64,000 bases of DNA from NCBI GenBank assembly GCA_012026655.1, contig JAAILG010000567.1:1-64000 (forward strand), in the 5' to 3' direction. Within the stretch, counting starts at the first letter, position 1; every line of letters begins with the position of its first letter. This document shows positions 61,453-64,000 of this stretch, in pieces. The notes beneath the pieces were generated by a model. That model searched no databases, was not told the origin of the DNA, and saw only the letters and a list, made by a program, of their open reading frames with translations. Origin of the DNA: Hydrolagus affinis (Eukaryota). The position numbers and the translations under genes are program-made.

Positions 61453-62681
61453 CTGTGTATTGCGGTATCAGCCTAGACTTTAAGGTCAAAATCCGATGTG
61501 GGCTTGAACTCAACGACAACAATTTATATTTATACAGTGCCTCCAGGCCGAGAGGTGTCTCAAAGCTACACCCTTCTGACTGAGAGACAAGAGTGCTACC
61601 GACGAAGCGAGGCTGCTTTGTTTAGAATCATGAGGCAATTCAGTAGATCGTTCTCTCGTAATGAAGCAGCATGTTGTTGTAGGGCTCCCATTTACTCTTT
61701 TGCTCCACTGACTGAGAGCTTGCCGAGCCAGCAAACTGCTGTTTTACAAGAAATTCAGGAGACATTGCACTGACAGCTGAGGCGAGGTGGGGTTGAGGTT
61801 TTCCAAATGTCTGGCAGGCTATGCAAAGTGATGTTAGAACTGGTGCAGAACAAAGACTCAAAAGTAGTCAGGTATAAGGCAATGCAAATGGCATCTTGTG
61901 TGTAAAATATGCTTCACTACATAACGTGTGACTCCTGCAGGGAACCTCAACATTCGTCAGTATTGGGGCAGCGTTCTCATGGGTTGGTGTCATGTACAAG
62001 GGGGATCCTGTGGAGATACTTCATGTCCTGAGACATTCTTTCCAGCGTGAGGCTCCATTTACTATGTCGTTTTCACGATAAGCGGTTTCTGTGTAACAGG
62101 AGAGCCTGCCTTTCATCCGCGTCACTTCAGGTGGCAGGCTCACCACTGTGGAAACCTGATATGGACGAGTTGGTTTGAACTCTGCGGAAAGGTTTCAGCT
62201 CCCTCTACATACAATTGATAACATGATTTACAGGCACTGCCATTGTTAAGCGCTCTGAGACGCTACACTGCGTGGAGGGCACTGCTTATGTGCAAGTTGT
62301 TGTTGTTGAAGTCGTTGTTGCATTTTCTGTTAAGCTGGGTGCACACAGAGTTCTCGCAGGGTAGATATCAGTGTTGCGCGGTCTTGACTGTTCGGCACCT
62401 TGGGACATTCTCCCGACATGAAAGGCGCTCTACAAATGCCATTTTGTTGTTGTTGTTGTTGTTGTTAGTCCATAGACATGTTTGTCCTTACATTAGTCAT
62501 CATTATTCCAGATTTTTAATCTCATAAATAATATGGGGTCAATTTAACACTACCGTGTATACGTATCACACTAAGTGAAGCTGAACATGCACATTCCCTG
62601 TTACAAGTCCCAAAAGTTATATTAGCAATAATAATAATAACACTTCTTGCATTTGCTATAGCACCTTATTGCATCATTAAG

Positions 62682-62995
62682 ATAATAATAATCATTGCAT
62701 TTGATATAGCGCTTTTGAATGAATTGACCATATACTGTATGTCTCAAAGTGCTTCATATAATATTTTGTGAATTGCTTAACTGTATACAGTATTTTGTGG
62801 GTGAAAGGCCACTGCCAATTGTGTAAAGCAGCTTTCCACAAACAATCGTGGATCGAGTCACCCAATTTTTTGGAAGAGATTATTACTCCCACCAAAAAAT
62901 GATCCACCAATCGACCAACAACCAGGTTCCTACTTACTGCTAGCTAAAGAGAGACGTATTGAGTAAGAAAATTTGCCTAAGGTTTTGCTCTGCTC
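62682..62995 (-). mobile_element. Long-form SINE, head-less
   Basis: accaggttcctacttactgctag segment, body and tail. Confidence 0.75.
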
Positions 62996-64000
62996 AAAAA
63001 TTTAATCCAGGCAGTGAATCTGGGAGCATAGCATCGCCTACAAAATACACAAACACTACACTCTATAGTGAGGAATTTGAGATACCTTTCTGAAATGAAA
63101 GGCACAATAACAAAAAAAGGATATTTATTATTATTATTTATTGGATTTGCCATTCACATTCTTGCTGGTTAAATCTGACTTGAACATGCTTTTTGTTCAG
63201 GAACAAACCCTGAGTCCGTACGTCTGTCTGAGGTGGGCGTTGCAGAGTAGATGGGCGTAGCGGGTAGGTGGGTGATGGGGCAGTTGGGATGGTTTATCTG
63301 GAACAATATTTGCATTTATATAGCTCCACAAAGCAGGCAGCATCTCTGAGTGCTTAATCGTGGTGGAAACTGGTGCCGAGCTGTGGGGTGGGAGGAGGTG
63401 ACCAGAGCACGGTCGAAGATGTAGATTTTCAGTCGGGATATAAAAGAGGGGAAGGAGGAGGCAAGACGGAGGGATTGCTCAACTGAATTTTTACTCAAAT
63501 ACCTCATGCAGTGAAGCAAAAGCTACTACTATGATACTGCAATAAATATTCCTTTAGCATTCAGAACTCCAAATCTTGTTACATTAATATTTCTAATGCT
63601 GAGCACTGATCACAAATAATTAAGGATTTTTCCTCAAATATGTTTGATTTCTTAAAACAATGTGTGTAGATTGCCAGTGAAAGTCAAAGACATAGTAAAT
63701 TGTTCTACAGATTTTCACATGAATTATATATTTTCTTTTGGTGATATTCCTATTATTTGAGCACAATTCAAACTGCAAAATACTTCAAGCTTTACAGTGC
63801 CTTTGAACAAATTATGCTGATGTAGCAGATTCCTCCCTCTCCCCATCCCCCCACCACCACTCCCAAAAATCAGGGCAAGAAAGTGACCAATATGTTTCTT
63901 TGCCAAAATGTGGCCTTGAACACTTTAAAAATCTAACGGATAAACCCGTATCTGTTCCTCCATTCGTCACGTCACATTCTTAGACACTAATAACTGCTGA

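Larger units (their letters stand above)
58115..62204 (-). pseudogene. Possible decayed PAN/apple-domain exons
   Basis: 62204-~62025 reads FRRVQTNSSISGFH..SDADE/fs/GRLSCYTETAYR..ECL. 58256-58115 reads PLQCE*ACVSPWL*CNAYYY. Both follow AG dinucleotides. Confidence 0.25.

Overview
This is repeat-dense, CpG-depleted vertebrate genomic DNA. The repeat set suggests a cartilaginous fish, possibly a holocephalan (inference): Deu-domain SINEs, a young tRNA-head SINE with an L2-type tail, L2 and CR1 LINE fragments, and a Penelope-type terminal repeat. The one clearly intact coding feature is a 1.43-kb minus-strand exon (5715-4286) of a secreted type-B carboxylesterase/cholinesterase-family enzyme with a complete Ser-Glu-His triad. 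Its apparent stop codon is really a splice donor, so the gene continues, probably beyond the left edge. Manual translation of the non-repeat DNA suggests two decayed multi-exon genes that the ORF track misses: a plus-strand VWD-domain (VWDE-like) pseudogene from about 11 to 25 kb, possibly extending to about 53 kb, and minus-strand PAN/apple-like exon relics at 58-62 kb. A 107-bp insertion flanked by a target-site duplication (TSD) at 39658-39764 carries an apparently intact minimal hammerhead ribozyme of the Penelope dimer-cleaving type. Nested and chimeric retro-insertions, three modular SINE architectures, several fold-back palindromes, a 22-bp minisatellite and a 100-N gap are also present. 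All assignments are by eye, and repeat boundaries are approximate.
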